Shown: positions 18,109 to 31,623 of the stretch, piece by piece
Numbering within the stretch: the first letter of the stretch is position 1
Layout: each line of letters begins with the position of its first letter
DNA from: Alphaproteobacteria bacterium GWF2_58_20
GTDB taxonomy: Bacteria; Pseudomonadota; Alphaproteobacteria; UBA1247
Length of the DNA stretch: 64,000 bases
NCBI GenBank assembly: GCA_001768735.1
Contig: MEMB01000007.1
Location: 23,612 to 87,611, forward strand
Direction of reading: 5' to 3'
Translations under genes and position numbers: made by a program
Notes under the pieces: generated by a model
What the model saw: only the letters and a program-made list of their open reading frames with translations
Databases searched by the model: none
Told to the model about the DNA's origin: nothing

Positions 18109-18763
18109 ACTGCTGGTTGGCGGGCTCGTTCCGTTTACCACCATTGATTTTCCGGGGCGGCTGGCCGCTGTGGTGTTCTGCCAGGGGTGTCCGTGGCAGT
18201 GCGATTACTGTTATAACCGCCACCTTTGGCAGGCTTCGGGGGAGAACATGATCCCCTGGGCTGAGGTTCTGGCTTTTCTGGAAAAGCGGCAGGGCATGCT
18301 GGATGGTGTGGTTTTCAGCGGGGGCGAGGCCAGTGTCCAGCCGGGTTTGCCAGAAGCGCTGAAGCAGGTGCGGGCGCTGGGATATGCCACGGCCCTGCAT
18401 ACCAATGGCGTGGTGCCGGAGCGGCTTGAAACCCTGTTGCCCCTGCTGGACTGGGTGGGGCTCGACATCAAGGCGCCCTTTGACCTTTATGAAAAAGTGA
18501 CAAAGATTCCCGGCTCCGGACAGAAAGCCCGCCGGGCGCTGGATATCCTGTTGCGTTGGGGCGGGGCGTTTGAAACCCGAACCACGGTGGATCTCGCCCT
18601 GCTTTCGGCGCAAGACCTTGAAGCCATGGCCCGCGACCTGTCGGAAAGCGGCGTGAAAGCGTGGGCGTTGCAACCCTGCCGCCGGGATGATGGAGTGGCG
18701 GTGCTGGATGAAGGCCTGCTCGCAGGGGCACGTGCCTTCATGCCGGATCTTGTTATCCGCTAA
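18092..18763 (+). CDS. nrdG: anaerobic ribonucleotide reductase activating protein (radical SAM)
   Basis: CQGCPWQCDYC radical-SAM cluster motif. GTG start that overlaps the preceding small gene by 17 nt. Confidence 0.8.
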   Translation: MKPAPELLVGGLVPFTTIDFPGRLAAVVFCQGCPWQCDYCYNRHLWQASGENMIPWAEVLAFLEKRQGMLDGVVFSGGEASVQPGLPEALKQVRALGYATALHTNGVVPERLETLLPLLDWVGLDIKAPFDLYEKVTKIPGSGQKARRALDILLRWGGAFETRTTVDLALLSAQDLEAMARDLSESGVKAWALQPCRRDDGVAVLDEGLLAGARAFMPDLVIR

Positions 18764-18776
18764 GGGGTGATGGCGC

Positions 18777-19616
18777 ATGCCCGAGCTTCCGGAAGTTGAA
18801 ACCATCAGGCGGGGGCTTGTGGCGGCCCTTTGTGGCCAACGCATCCTGTCGGCTGAGTTGCGGCGGCATGATTTCCGGCGCAAGGCGCAGGCCGATATGG
18901 AGGGTCATCTTTCGGGACGTGGGCTTTCCGGCATTTCCCGGCGCGGCAAATACATGATCTTCCATTTTGAAGACGGAGGCGAAGCCCTGCTGGCGCATCT
19001 GGGGATGTCAGGGCGCTTTTTGTATTTTCCGCCGGGTGCCGGTGGTGGAGATGGGCGGCACGACCATCTTGTCCTGCATATGTCCGGCGGGGGGCGTGCC
19101 GTATTTTGTGATCCGCGCCGGTTCGGTTTTGTGGAACTTGTTCCGGAAGAAAAATTGCCAACGCATCCGGCGCTGGCGGTTCTCGGGATGGAGCCATTGT
19201 CCGGGGATTTTACGCCGCAGGCGCTGCTGCGGGTTCTCAAGGGGCGGACGTCCATCAAGGCGGCGCTGCTGGACCAGGGGCGCATTGCGGGCCTTGGCAA
19301 CATCTATGTGTGCGAGGCCCTTTTTGAGGCAGGGATTTCCCCGTTCCGCATGGCGGGAAGCCTCGGCAAGGCGGAAGGGGACAAACTGCATGCGGCGATT
19401 CGGGCGATTCTGGAGAGGGCGATTGCCGCCGGAGGCAGTTCTCTGCGGGATTATGTGCATGCGGATGGGAGTGTCGGACGCTTTCAGGAGCATTTTTCGG
19501 TTTATGGACGTACCGGGCAGCCGTGTCCCCGTTGCCATTTGCGGCGCGGAGGGGTAGTTTCACGAAAGGTCCAGTCGGGACGCTCGAGTTTTTTCTGCCC
19601 CTCATGCCAGGAGTGA
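18777..19616 (+). CDS. mutM: formamidopyrimidine-DNA glycosylase
   Basis: N-terminal MPELPEVE catalytic Pro2/Glu3 motif and a C-terminal zinc finger (CPRCHLRRG ... FCPSCQ). Confidence 0.9.
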   Translation: MPELPEVETIRRGLVAALCGQRILSAELRRHDFRRKAQADMEGHLSGRGLSGISRRGKYMIFHFEDGGEALLAHLGMSGRFLYFPPGAGGGDGRHDHLVLHMSGGGRAVFCDPRRFGFVELVPEEKLPTHPALAVLGMEPLSGDFTPQALLRVLKGRTSIKAALLDQGRIAGLGNIYVCEALFEAGISPFRMAGSLGKAEGDKLHAAIRAILERAIAAGGSSLRDYVHADGSVGRFQEHFSVYGRTGQPCPRCHLRRGGVVSRKVQSGRSSFFCPSCQE

Positions 19617-19624
19617 AACGGAAG

Positions 19625-19996
19625 ATGCGCTTTGTTGTTCTTGTTGCTTGCGGAATTTTGTTGTCCCTGTCACCGGTTAGGGCTGGTGAGACGGCTTACC
19701 TGTCCACCATGGAAGATGTTCCCCTTTTGCCGGGACTTTTTGAAGTTCCGGAAGAAGGCATGGTGTTTGACCAGCCGGAAGGGCGGATTGTTCTGGCTGT
19801 CGCACGCTGCGAATCGTGCGGGGAAGAGGTGGCATCCTATTATGGGGGGCTTTTGCCAGCCCTTGGATGGCAGACAGAGGATGCTTCGGGCGGGCTTGTG
19901 TTTCTGCGGGATGGAGAGCGCCTTGTCATTGATGTGCAGGCCGCCGTGGATGGGGGCAGTGTGGTTTCCTTTACCTTGGCGCCGGGGGGCATGTGA
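19625..19996 (+). CDS. secreted hypothetical protein
   Basis: Signal peptide MRFVVLVACGILLSLSPVRAGE. 4-bp overlap with the downstream gene. Confidence 0.45.
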   Translation: MRFVVLVACGILLSLSPVRAGETAYLSTMEDVPLLPGLFEVPEEGMVFDQPEGRIVLAVARCESCGEEVASYYGGLLPALGWQTEDASGGLVFLRDGERLVIDVQAAVDGGSVVSFTLAPGGM

Positions 19997-20772
19997 TGTC
20001 TGAAGAAATGGTGGTTCTGGAAAAGCATGGCCGGGTTGGTTCTTTGGAAATGAGCCGGACGCAGCAGGGTGGACAGGTTTGTCTCGAAATGTTGCAGGGG
20101 CTGGTGAAGGCTTTTGCCGATTGCGATGCCGATCCGGATATTGGGGCCATTTTGCTGACCGGTTCAGAAAAGGCGTTTGCCACCGGTCCTGATGCGGCAG
20201 AAATGCTGGCGGTGGATTTTGCGTCCGGGCTTGTGCGGGATGAGGTCTCTGACCTATGGCAGGCGCTTGCGTCACATCGCAAGCCCTTGGTGGCCGCAGT
20301 TTCTGGCTATGCCATGGGGGCTGGATGCAGCCTTGTCCTTCTTTGTGATGTTGTGGTGGCTTCTGAAACCGCGCGTTTCGGGCAGCCGGATTTGACCATG
20401 GGATCATTGCCTGCGGTGGGAACCCTTAATCGTCTGGCGCGAATCGTTGGGCGAATCAAGGCCATGGACATGGCCTTGACGGGCCGGATCATGACGGCGG
20501 ATGAAGCGGAACTGGCGGGTCTTGTGAGCCGGATTGTCCCGGCGCCGGATCTGGCCGATGAGGCCCGGGAACTGGCGGAACGCATCGCCTCCATGTCGCT
20601 TCCCCTGGTTCTCATGGCCAAGGAATCCATTGACAAGGCTTCGGAAACCGGCGTTTTGGAAGGGCAGGTTCATGAACGTCGCCTGATCGAGGAATCCCGT
20701 GTCCTTGATGACCACCGGGAAGGCCTTTCTGCGGTTTTGGAAAATCGGCAGCCCGCTTTCCAGAATAAGTGA
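19993..20772 (+). CDS. enoyl-CoA hydratase/isomerase (crotonase) family protein
   Basis: Crotonase fold motifs (AAVSGYAMGAGCSLVLLCDVVVASETARFGQPD). Confidence 0.8.
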   Translation: MMSEEMVVLEKHGRVGSLEMSRTQQGGQVCLEMLQGLVKAFADCDADPDIGAILLTGSEKAFATGPDAAEMLAVDFASGLVRDEVSDLWQALASHRKPLVAAVSGYAMGAGCSLVLLCDVVVASETARFGQPDLTMGSLPAVGTLNRLARIVGRIKAMDMALTGRIMTADEAELAGLVSRIVPAPDLADEARELAERIASMSLPLVLMAKESIDKASETGVLEGQVHERRLIEESRVLDDHREGLSAVLENRQPAFQNK

Positions 20773-20773
20773 C

Positions 20774-20803
20774 TTGACTTGCGCGGCAACCACCCTGTAT
20801 AAG
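20774..20803 (+). promoter_or_regulatory. sigma70-type promoter for rpsT
   Basis: TTGACT (20774-20779), 18 nt spacer, TATAAG (20798-20803), about 70 nt upstream of the rpsT ATG. Confidence 0.5.
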
Positions 20804-20873
20804 CCCCCCCTGTCGCCGCCTTTCAATGTGTGCGGCGGAGTTTTTGGATTCATCTCAGCTATCAAGGGTCAAC

Positions 20874-21137
20874 ATGGCTCAACATCAGTCAGCAAAGAAG
20901 CGGGCACGCCGCACCATCCGGGCAACGGGCGTCAACAAGGCGCGTGTGAGTCGTATCCGTACCTATGTGAAAAAGGTCGAGGAAGCCATCACCAAGGGTG
21001 ATAGCGCCGCCGCCAAGGCAGCCCTGCAGGTTGCCCAGCCGGAAATGCATCGTGGCGCCCTCAAGGGTGTCTTGCATCCCAATACGGTTGGACGCAAGCT
21101 TTCCCGTCTTGTGGCCCGCATCAAGAAGCTGGGCTAA
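20874..21137 (+). CDS. rpsT: 30S ribosomal protein S20
   Basis: [39 protein letters not shown] is a canonical S20 N-terminus. Confidence 0.9.
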   Translation: MAQHQSAKKRARRTIRATGVNKARVSRIRTYVKKVEEAITKGDSAAAKAALQVAQPEMHRGALKGVLHPNTVGRKLSRLVARIKKLG

Positions 21138-21249
21138 GGCGTCTTTTCGCCAAAGTGGCGTTTTGCGGAATCCGCGGCACACGCTTGCGTGTGTGCCGCG
21201 ATACGCATTTAAGTTATTGATAAAAAAATCAAAAAATCACTTGCCTGCC

Positions 21250-21258
21250 TGTGGATAA
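21250..21258. promoter_or_regulatory. consensus DnaA box (TGTGGATAA = complement of TTATCCACA) in the dnaA leader
   Basis: Perfect 9-mer 60 nt upstream of the dnaA ATG. An AT-rich stretch TTATTGATAAAAAAATCAAAAAATCAC lies just upstream. Confidence 0.6.
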
Positions 21259-21317
21259 CTGTTTTATGACCTTTCTTGTCTCAATTTTTTCGGGCAGGTG
21301 TTTAGGGGGTCTCTTTC

Positions 21318-22703
21318 ATGCAGGAAACCATCAGGGCGGAATGGCGGCAGGTCTGTGACCTCATGCGCAGGGACATTGGTGAAAGTGATGTCCGCTTTTG
21401 GCTTGAGCCGTTGGAAATTGCCCCCGTTGAGAATCAAGATGGCCACCTGAAAGTTGTTCTGCTGGCACCCAATACGTTTGTGCGTGATTCGGTGGACCAG
21501 AAGCATGGAGACCAGCTGGGACGTATCTGGCGCAACATCAATCCGGAGGTGGTGCGCGTGGCGTTTGGGGTGCGCGATGCAGGTGCCAGCCCGGATGAGC
21601 TTGGCAAGAACAAGAAAAAAGCCCAGCCTGCCGGGAAGAAGGGTTCCGCATTGGCGGATCAGAATGATGGTCTGGAATCCTTCGGGATTCCGGTGGATCC
21701 CCGATATACTTTTGCCAATTTTGTGGTTGGGAAACCCAACGAATTTGCCGTTTCTGCCGCCCGGCGCGTTGCCGAATCGCCCGAGATCAAGTTCAATCCC
21801 CTGTTTCTTTACAGCGGCGTCGGCCTTGGCAAGACGCATCTCATGCATGCCATTGCCGATTCGGTTCGTCAGCAGACTCCAGAACGTCGGGTGCTTTACA
21901 TTTCCGCCGAGAAGTTCATGTACCACTACGTGCATGCGCTCCGCTCCAACAGCGCGCCGGATTTTCGGGCCAAGATGCGCAGCGTGGACGTTCTGCTGGT
22001 GGATGACATCCAGTTCATCTGCGGCAAGGAAGCCACACAGGAAGAATTTTTCAACACCTTCAACGATCTGGTGTCGCGCAACCGGCAGATCGTCCTTTCG
22101 GCCGACCGCAGCCCGTCCGATCTCGACCAGCTCCAGGAGCGTGTCAAATCCCGCCTCAACTGGGGCCTTGTCGCCGACATCCACAAGACCACCTATGAAC
22201 TGCGACTGGGTATCCTTGCCGCCAAGGCGGATGCGCGCAGCGTTTTTGTGCCGCAGGATGTCATGGAATTTCTGGCCCACCGGATTGATTCCAACGTCCG
22301 CGAGCTGGAAGGGGCCCTCAATCGCATCATCCATTACGCTGACCTCATCGGACAGCCGATAGCCCTCTCCACCTGTGAGGAGGTTTTGCGCGACCTGCTG
22401 CGGTCCAGCCAGAGGATTCTGACCATTGAGGATATCCAGCGCAAGGTGGCGGAGCATTACAGCATCCGGATTGCCGACCTGTCTTCAGACCGGCGTGCGC
22501 GGGCAGTGGCCCGGCCCCGGCAGGTTGCGATGTTCCTGTGCAAGGCGCTCACCTCCCTCTCCCTGCCCGAGATCGGGCGCAAGTTTGGCGGCCGTGACCA
22601 CACCACGGTCCTGCATGCGGTTCGCAAGGTTGAGGAGTTGATGGAGCTGGATCAAGTCATGGCCTCGGATGTCGCCATGCTGCGTCGAACCCTTTCAGAC
22701 TGA
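21318..22703 (+). CDS. dnaA: chromosomal replication initiator protein DnaA
   Basis: AAA+ Walker A ([14 protein letters not shown]), Walker B (LLVDDIQF) and C-terminal DNA-binding domain ([11 protein letters not shown]). Confidence 0.95.
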   Translation: MQETIRAEWRQVCDLMRRDIGESDVRFWLEPLEIAPVENQDGHLKVVLLAPNTFVRDSVDQKHGDQLGRIWRNINPEVVRVAFGVRDAGASPDELGKNKKKAQPAGKKGSALADQNDGLESFGIPVDPRYTFANFVVGKPNEFAVSAARRVAESPEIKFNPLFLYSGVGLGKTHLMHAIADSVRQQTPERRVLYISAEKFMYHYVHALRSNSAPDFRAKMRSVDVLLVDDIQFICGKEATQEEFFNTFNDLVSRNRQIVLSADRSPSDLDQLQERVKSRLNWGLVADIHKTTYELRLGILAAKADARSVFVPQDVMEFLAHRIDSNVRELEGALNRIIHYADLIGQPIALSTCEEVLRDLLRSSQRILTIEDIQRKVAEHYSIRIADLSSDRRARAVARPRQVAMFLCKALTSLSLPEIGRKFGGRDHTTVLHAVRKVEELMELDQVMASDVAMLRRTLSD

Positions 22704-22824
22704 CGTAAAGCCGTTCTGGATACATGTCGCCAGAATTTTGGACGCGCATGGAAACATTTCCTGCCAGGCTGGGGATGTTTTTTCTGGGGTGCGTGGGGGA
22801 ACCGGATCCGGGATCAGGATTTTA

Positions 22825-24039
22825 TCAGGCCTTTACGGCCATGACGGCGGGATCTTCGGGCTGCTCATGTCGCCGGGCAAAATCCACAACCTTTTCCCGC
22901 ATGTCGGGCCAGCCTTCCATCAGCGTATCAAAATCATCCAGATCCAGCACCAGAAGCCGGCAGGGACGGGTGGCCGTCACGTTGCGGGAGCGTTTGGCTT
23001 CGCGGTCGATCAGGTTGACATCCCCGAAGAAATCGCCTTCGTGCAGCAGGGTGGTGTGTCCGCCGGGCAAATCGATTTCCACCTCGCCGGCGGTGATGAA
23101 ATAGACGGCTTCCGGTGTTTCACCGCGCCGGATGATGACGTAACGGGCGGGGACGACCAAGGGTTTGAGAAGGCCGGTGATCTGGGTGAGACGGCTGGCA
23201 TCCAGGTCGGCGAACAGGGGGACGCGGGAAACAATGCTGAAGGTGACGATGAAATTCTGCTTGCCGATCTCGCGGGCGAAACCGGTGGCAAGAATGGCGG
23301 CTGGCAGGGAAATCATGCTGACGCCGGCAATGGAGACTATGCCGCCCAGGATCTTGCCCAGGGGCGTGATGGGAACGATGTCGCCATAGCCCAGGGTGGT
23401 GATGGTGCTGACGGCCCACCACATGGCATTCGGGATGCTGTTGAAGGCCTTTGGCTGGGCACGGCATTCCAGCCCCCACATGAGGGTGGCAGATGATATC
23501 AGGATGGAAACCATGATGAAGCTGGCGGCGATGACCGTTCGGCGTTCGGCCCTGATGACGTCGCCCAGGGTGCGCAAGGCGGAGGAATAGCGGGCCAGCT
23601 TGAGCATGACGAAGATATGGCTGGTATAGGCAATGATGGTGTGTCCAGGCAGGAAGATGGCACAGGCCAGGGGTGTCAGGGCCAGCAGGTCAACCAGGGC
23701 CATGGGGGTGATGAGGTAATGGAGGCGCCCGGTTGTACGCCGGTTGAAGCGCCTGGAACGATCTTCCGGTGCGCTCCACAGGCGCAGGATGTATTCCAGC
23801 GTGAAAACGGTCATGGACATGCTGGAGATGAGGCGGAACAGGGCCTGCCAGATGCCGCCAAGAGCATCGGATGTGCCGATGATCATGGTGGAGATGTCCA
23901 CAAAGATGAAGGAAAAGATGATGCCTGTCAGTCCCCATTCCAGCGGTGTCTCAATGCTGGTGGGGTCCAGGAGTTCAAAAACCCTGCGTCTCAGGCGTCG
24001 TTTCATGGCGCCGACTTTGGAAAAACGTGCATCATGCAA
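22825..24039 (-). CDS. cyclic-nucleotide-gated potassium channel (pore TTLGYGD plus C-terminal cNMP-binding domain)
   Basis: Voltage-sensor-like helices, the K+ selectivity filter TTLGYGD and a CNBD (FGDVNLIDREAKRSRNVTATRPCRLLVLD). Located between dnaA and dnaN on the opposite strand. Confidence 0.8.
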   Translation of the reverse strand: MHDARFSKVGAMKRRLRRRVFELLDPTSIETPLEWGLTGIIFSFIFVDISTMIIGTSDALGGIWQALFRLISSMSMTVFTLEYILRLWSAPEDRSRRFNRRTTGRLHYLITPMALVDLLALTPLACAIFLPGHTIIAYTSHIFVMLKLARYSSALRTLGDVIRAERRTVIAASFIMVSILISSATLMWGLECRAQPKAFNSIPNAMWWAVSTITTLGYGDIVPITPLGKILGGIVSIAGVSMISLPAAILATGFAREIGKQNFIVTFSIVSRVPLFADLDASRLTQITGLLKPLVVPARYVIIRRGETPEAVYFITAGEVEIDLPGGHTTLLHEGDFFGDVNLIDREAKRSRNVTATRPCRLLVLDLDDFDTLMEGWPDMREKVVDFARRHEQPEDPAVMAVKA

Positions 24040-24085
24040 CGATTTTTGCCCTATTTTCCGCCACTTGTCCAGACTTCTCCGGAAA

Positions 24086-24176
24086 TGTGGAAAAAAAAGT
24101 GGTTTGAATGTGGAAAATCGTAGGCTTTTGATGCGGGTGTGCTATAATGGCAAACGTTAAGGGATGTTATTCACTA
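24086..24176. promoter_or_regulatory. dnaN upstream region: two TGTGGAAAA DnaA-box-like repeats, extended -10 TGcTATAAT, weak TTATTCACT box
   Basis: TGTGGAAAA at 24086-24094 and 24109-24117. TATAAT at 24144-24149 with TG at -15/-14. TTATTCACT at 24167-24175. Confidence 0.4.
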
Positions 24177-24240
24177 ACATCCTGTAAAACAAAGATAAAA
24201 GACCTTCTTTTCTGGATTGTGACATTCAAGGTGACACAGC

Positions 24241-25356
24241 ATGAAAATCACGATTGAACGCGAAGCCCTTCTCAAGGCCCTTGGCCATGCCCAGAGCGTT
24301 GTTGAACGCCGGAATACCATTCCGATCCTTTCAAACGTCCTGCTTCGGGCAAATGGGGAAAAGCTGGCCCTGACCGCCACCGATATGGATATCGAGATTG
24401 CCGAGGCGGTTTTGTCTCAGGTGGATGAGGCGGGAGAGACGACGGTTCCTGTCCACATGCTTTACGACATTGTCCGCAAGCTGCCGGATGGTTGCCAGGT
24501 TGGCCTGGAAGGTGATGACGCGCATGGCATGAAGATCAAGTCCGGCCGTTCCAACTTCCGTCTTGGGTGTTTGCCGGTTGCGGATTTCCCGCAGATGGCA
24601 GGCGGCGAGATGTCACACAGTTTTGTGCTTGCGGCCACGGAACTCCGGGCGCTCATTGATCGCACGAAATTCGCGATTTCCACCGAGGAAACGCGCTATT
24701 ACCTCAATGGCATCTACCTGCATGCGGCCACGGGCGGGGAATTCCCTGTCCTGCGGGCGGCGGCCACGGACGGCCATCGCCTTGCGCGTGCGGAAAGCCC
24801 CTTGCCGCAGGAAGCTGCGGGCATGCCGGGCATCATCATTCCGCGCAAGACCATTCAGGAATTGCGCAAGCTGGTGGAGGATGCCGGGGGAGAAGTGACT
24901 TTGTCCCTGTCGGAAACCAAGATCCGCTTCGCTTGCGGGGATACGGTGCTGACATCGAAACTGATTGATGGGTCGTTTCCGGATTATGAACGGGTCATTC
25001 CGACAGCCAACGACAAGCAGGTCGAGCTGGATCCGAAGGTGTTTGCGGCGGCAGTGGACCGTGTGGCCATCATTACCTCCGACAAGTCCCGGGCGATTCG
25101 CATCAGCCTCGATCCGGGGCTGCTGGTGATTGAGGCAACCAGCGCGGAAAATGGCAGCGCCCGCGAGGAAATCGACATTTCCTATGATGGTTCGCCCCTG
25201 CAGATCGGGTTCAATGCCCGCTACCTGCTGGAAATCATGCAGCAGGTGCAGGGGGATGTGTGCCGCCTGTCCATGGCGGATGCTTCCATGCCGACCATCA
25301 TTCAGGATGTTGCGGACGAAAGCGCGGTTTATGTCCTGATGCCGATGCGGGTTTAA
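24241..25356 (+). CDS. dnaN: DNA polymerase III beta sliding clamp
   Basis: Typical DnaN N-terminus (MKITIEREALLKAL ... VVERRNTIPILSNVLL) and length (371 aa). Confidence 0.95.
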   Translation: MKITIEREALLKALGHAQSVVERRNTIPILSNVLLRANGEKLALTATDMDIEIAEAVLSQVDEAGETTVPVHMLYDIVRKLPDGCQVGLEGDDAHGMKIKSGRSNFRLGCLPVADFPQMAGGEMSHSFVLAATELRALIDRTKFAISTEETRYYLNGIYLHAATGGEFPVLRAAATDGHRLARAESPLPQEAAGMPGIIIPRKTIQELRKLVEDAGGEVTLSLSETKIRFACGDTVLTSKLIDGSFPDYERVIPTANDKQVELDPKVFAAAVDRVAIITSDKSRAIRISLDPGLLVIEATSAENGSAREEIDISYDGSPLQIGFNARYLLEIMQQVQGDVCRLSMADASMPTIIQDVADESAVYVLMPMRV

Positions 25357-25365
25357 GAAACCGGA

Positions 25366-29003
<3,638 letters not shown>

Positions 29004-29036
29004 TTCAAAACGGGCTGGTTTGTGACTTGCAAAAAA

Positions 29037-29075
29037 GGGGAGACGGCTTGCGGGCCATCTCCCCTTTTTGTTTTC
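29037..29075. terminator. bidirectional rho-independent terminator between convergent gyrB and the FGE-like gene
   Basis: Stem GGGGAGACGGC/GCCATCTCCCC with one mismatch, flanked by an A6 tract upstream and TTTTTGTTTT downstream. Confidence 0.6.
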
Positions 29076-29092
29076 TTTTAGCGCAGGTTGGA

Positions 29093-30106
29093 TCAGGGCG
29101 TGTCCAAGTGGCTCGCTTCATCCGGCGTTGGTGGGTTGTTCAGGGCGCAGCGGCAACCCGCGCTTGTTACGGCATAATCGGCTGTGAAGGCGAAAATGCC
29201 GCGGGAGGCACTAATGCCGCGGGTGATGTAGGCATAAAAACCTGCTGCAGTGCATGTTGACCGTTGATAGAAATTGCCAGCATTGTTGGCAGTTGTATAG
29301 CTGCTGGAAGGTTTGCAATCTGTCGTGGAGGGAGTGAAGGGAACTGCGGATGTTTCCTTTGTGGTGGCTACTGTATTGGAATAGCAGCGGCAATTGTATC
29401 CGGTGTAATAGGTGGAATCAGCCACACATCCTGTGCTGGCGTTGTTGATGCCGACCCGGATCTGTCCGGTGCCCGTAGCTCCGGTACGGCCATCGTCGGC
29501 GTAAGTCCATTCGCCCCGACCGCCAGCGATATCCCAGAGGACTTCGCCGGTGGAAGTCACCATGGTGCGGCGGTTGAACTGGTCATAGCCTGGTGTGGGT
29601 GCATTGTGGTAGCCATTGACGTCATTAGTCGAGGAAGCTTCCGCGGTGGACAGGCCATAGAAGAGCTTTCCTGAGCCAACGGCACCTCCGCTCCAGTTGG
29701 CGGGCTGATCCACAATATCCTGGGTGATGCGGTTCCATTGGCTTTCCTTGATCATGTCATAGCCGGGACCGATGGCCTGGCAGGCGCTGCGGCAGCTGGC
29801 CCAGCTATAAGTGTCCGAAAGCTGGCCGGCGGCAGGTGTGGCAGGGGAGGTGCCGGACATTTCATATTTTGAGACGGCAAAGGCGGGCACGGTAAAGCCA
29901 CTGACGTTGCTTTCCGGCAGATACACCCACTCGGAGTGGGTGGGGGTGGTGACTGTCAGGGTGTAAGCCTGTTCAGCGGATTGTCCCAGCTGGTTGGAGA
30001 CCCGCAGGCGGACGGGAAAGGTTTCCTGCGCAAGGGCGGGCAAAGCCGCCATGGCGATGCAGAAGGTGCTCGCAGCGAGAACGCTGGAACGAAGCCGATG
30101 GGACAT
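29093..30106 (-). CDS. secreted FGE/SUMF1-like (C-type-lectin fold) domain protein
   Basis: Signal peptide AASTFCIAMAALPALAQE. FGE-like motifs (FAVSKYEMS ... SWASCRSACQAIGPGYDMIKESQWNRI ... GRGEWTYAD). Confidence 0.55.
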   Translation of the reverse strand: MSHRLRSSVLAASTFCIAMAALPALAQETFPVRLRVSNQLGQSAEQAYTLTVTTPTHSEWVYLPESNVSGFTVPAFAVSKYEMSGTSPATPAAGQLSDTYSWASCRSACQAIGPGYDMIKESQWNRITQDIVDQPANWSGGAVGSGKLFYGLSTAEASSTNDVNGYHNAPTPGYDQFNRRTMVTSTGEVLWDIAGGRGEWTYADDGRTGATGTGQIRVGINNASTGCVADSTYYTGYNCRCYSNTVATTKETSAVPFTPSTTDCKPSSSYTTANNAGNFYQRSTCTAAGFYAYITRGISASRGIFAFTADYAVTSAGCRCALNNPPTPDEASHLDTP

Positions 30107-30121
30107 GGGACAATCTCCTGT

Positions 30122-31522
30122 TTATTCGACCGTGATGGTGAAAATTTGTGTGGCAGTGGCACCGGATGCGTCGTGGATCGTCAGGACAACCGAATGGCTT
30201 CCGGCCGGGGCATTGTTGCCGGAAAGGGTTCCCGTGCGCAGCCAGTTGCCGTTGTAGGTAAAGGAAAGCCATGCGGGCAGGGTGGTGGCTTCCATGACCA
30301 CAACGTCCACGGTGTTGTCGTCCTCGGCGCTGGCCGTATAGTTGAAATCGCTGCCAATGGCAACGGTGCTGGATGGCGCGGAGCTGGTGAAAGTGGGCGC
30401 GGTATTGGCCTCGGGCGGGGTGGGGGGAACACCGGCGATGACCAGCTTTCCAGCCTCGTTGAAATCATGCGCGAAGCTTTGCTGGATACCCAGCCATTCC
30501 GGCGCTTCAACGAGGTTGGCCATGAGGAGGATGTCGGCGTGGCCGGCATTGGCCGTGAAATCATATGTGTATATTCTGCCATGCTGTGCGGCGGTGGGCG
30601 CGGATGTTGTGATGGTGGGGGCATCCGTTCCGACAAAATTGCGTTGGGGGATTCCCGAAATTACGAAGTTCCCGGATTCATTGAAATCACTTCCGAATGT
30701 CTGCTGGATATGGAGCCATTCCGGTGCTTGTACCAGTGTCGGGAACAACATGGCGGAGGTGCTGCCAGCATCGGCCGTAAAATCATAGTTGTATGGCATG
30801 CCTTCCTGTGCAGCGATGGGCGCGGATGTTGTGATGGTGGGAGGGGAGAGGGTGAAGGGCACAGATGGGTAGGAGCCGGAGAGCTGTGCCGTCCAGTCGC
30901 CGTTGTCGATGAAGGTGAGCCATGGAGGGAAATCGAGCGCTTCAAGGGCCAGGATGGCAGCTGGGTTTCCGGAATAGGCTTCAACCAGATATCCATAGGG
31001 AAATCCGGTATAGGCCACGGTTTGCGGTGTGGAGGCAAACATGATTCCGTCTTCCGCCAGTGTGGAGACCAGCCATGTTGCGGTAGTGCCGTCGCCAAGG
31101 TGGAAAAGGATGGTGAAGCTTGTGCCTCGCGTGTCGGGGCTGGTGGCTGTCAGCATGACTACGGATGATTCCGTAATATCCACCGGAGCATCCCCTGCTG
31201 CGTACAGTGTGCCATCCAGAAGGAAGGTGGCGGTGGCTTCGGCAGGGGCTTCAAGCCAGGCTGTGGTCGGTGCGGCAAGGCCGGTCAGATAGGTGTTTTC
31301 AGAGGAGACAATGCTGGAAGGAGTGGGAGATATGGCCGGTGGGAAGACAAGCGCGAATCCTTCATCCTGTGTGTTCCCGGCACTTTGTGGGCAAACAGAA
31401 TCCGTATTGTAATCACAGATCTTTTTGCGGATGCGATAGCGCAGGGATGCGGCTTCTGATGGTGTGGATAATGCTGCGGAGAGCAGAATGATTATCAGCA
31501 CGGCCTTGAGTGAAGATTTCAT
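30122..31522 (-). CDS. secreted protein with three tandem Ig-like (putative Ig / cadherin-like) repeats
   Basis: Signal peptide. Three ~75-aa repeats (PTITTSAP.AAQ.G..Y.YDF.A ... APEWL.IQQ.F...FNE.G..VI.G.P). Confidence 0.55.
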   Translation of the reverse strand: MKSSLKAVLIIILLSAALSTPSEAASLRYRIRKKICDYNTDSVCPQSAGNTQDEGFALVFPPAISPTPSSIVSSENTYLTGLAAPTTAWLEAPAEATATFLLDGTLYAAGDAPVDITESSVVMLTATSPDTRGTSFTILFHLGDGTTATWLVSTLAEDGIMFASTPQTVAYTGFPYGYLVEAYSGNPAAILALEALDFPPWLTFIDNGDWTAQLSGSYPSVPFTLSPPTITTSAPIAAQEGMPYNYDFTADAGSTSAMLFPTLVQAPEWLHIQQTFGSDFNESGNFVISGIPQRNFVGTDAPTITTSAPTAAQHGRIYTYDFTANAGHADILLMANLVEAPEWLGIQQSFAHDFNEAGKLVIAGVPPTPPEANTAPTFTSSAPSSTVAIGSDFNYTASAEDDNTVDVVVMEATTLPAWLSFTYNGNWLRTGTLSGNNAPAGSHSVVLTIHDASGATATQIFTITVE

Positions 31523-31623
31523 GCAACTCCTCCCATCTGTGATGGAAATCATAGGAGGTTTCCAAGAAAATCACAAGCGATGAAAAACATGGCGGAAATG
31601 ATCACGCAAGAAAAAAGGGAGCC

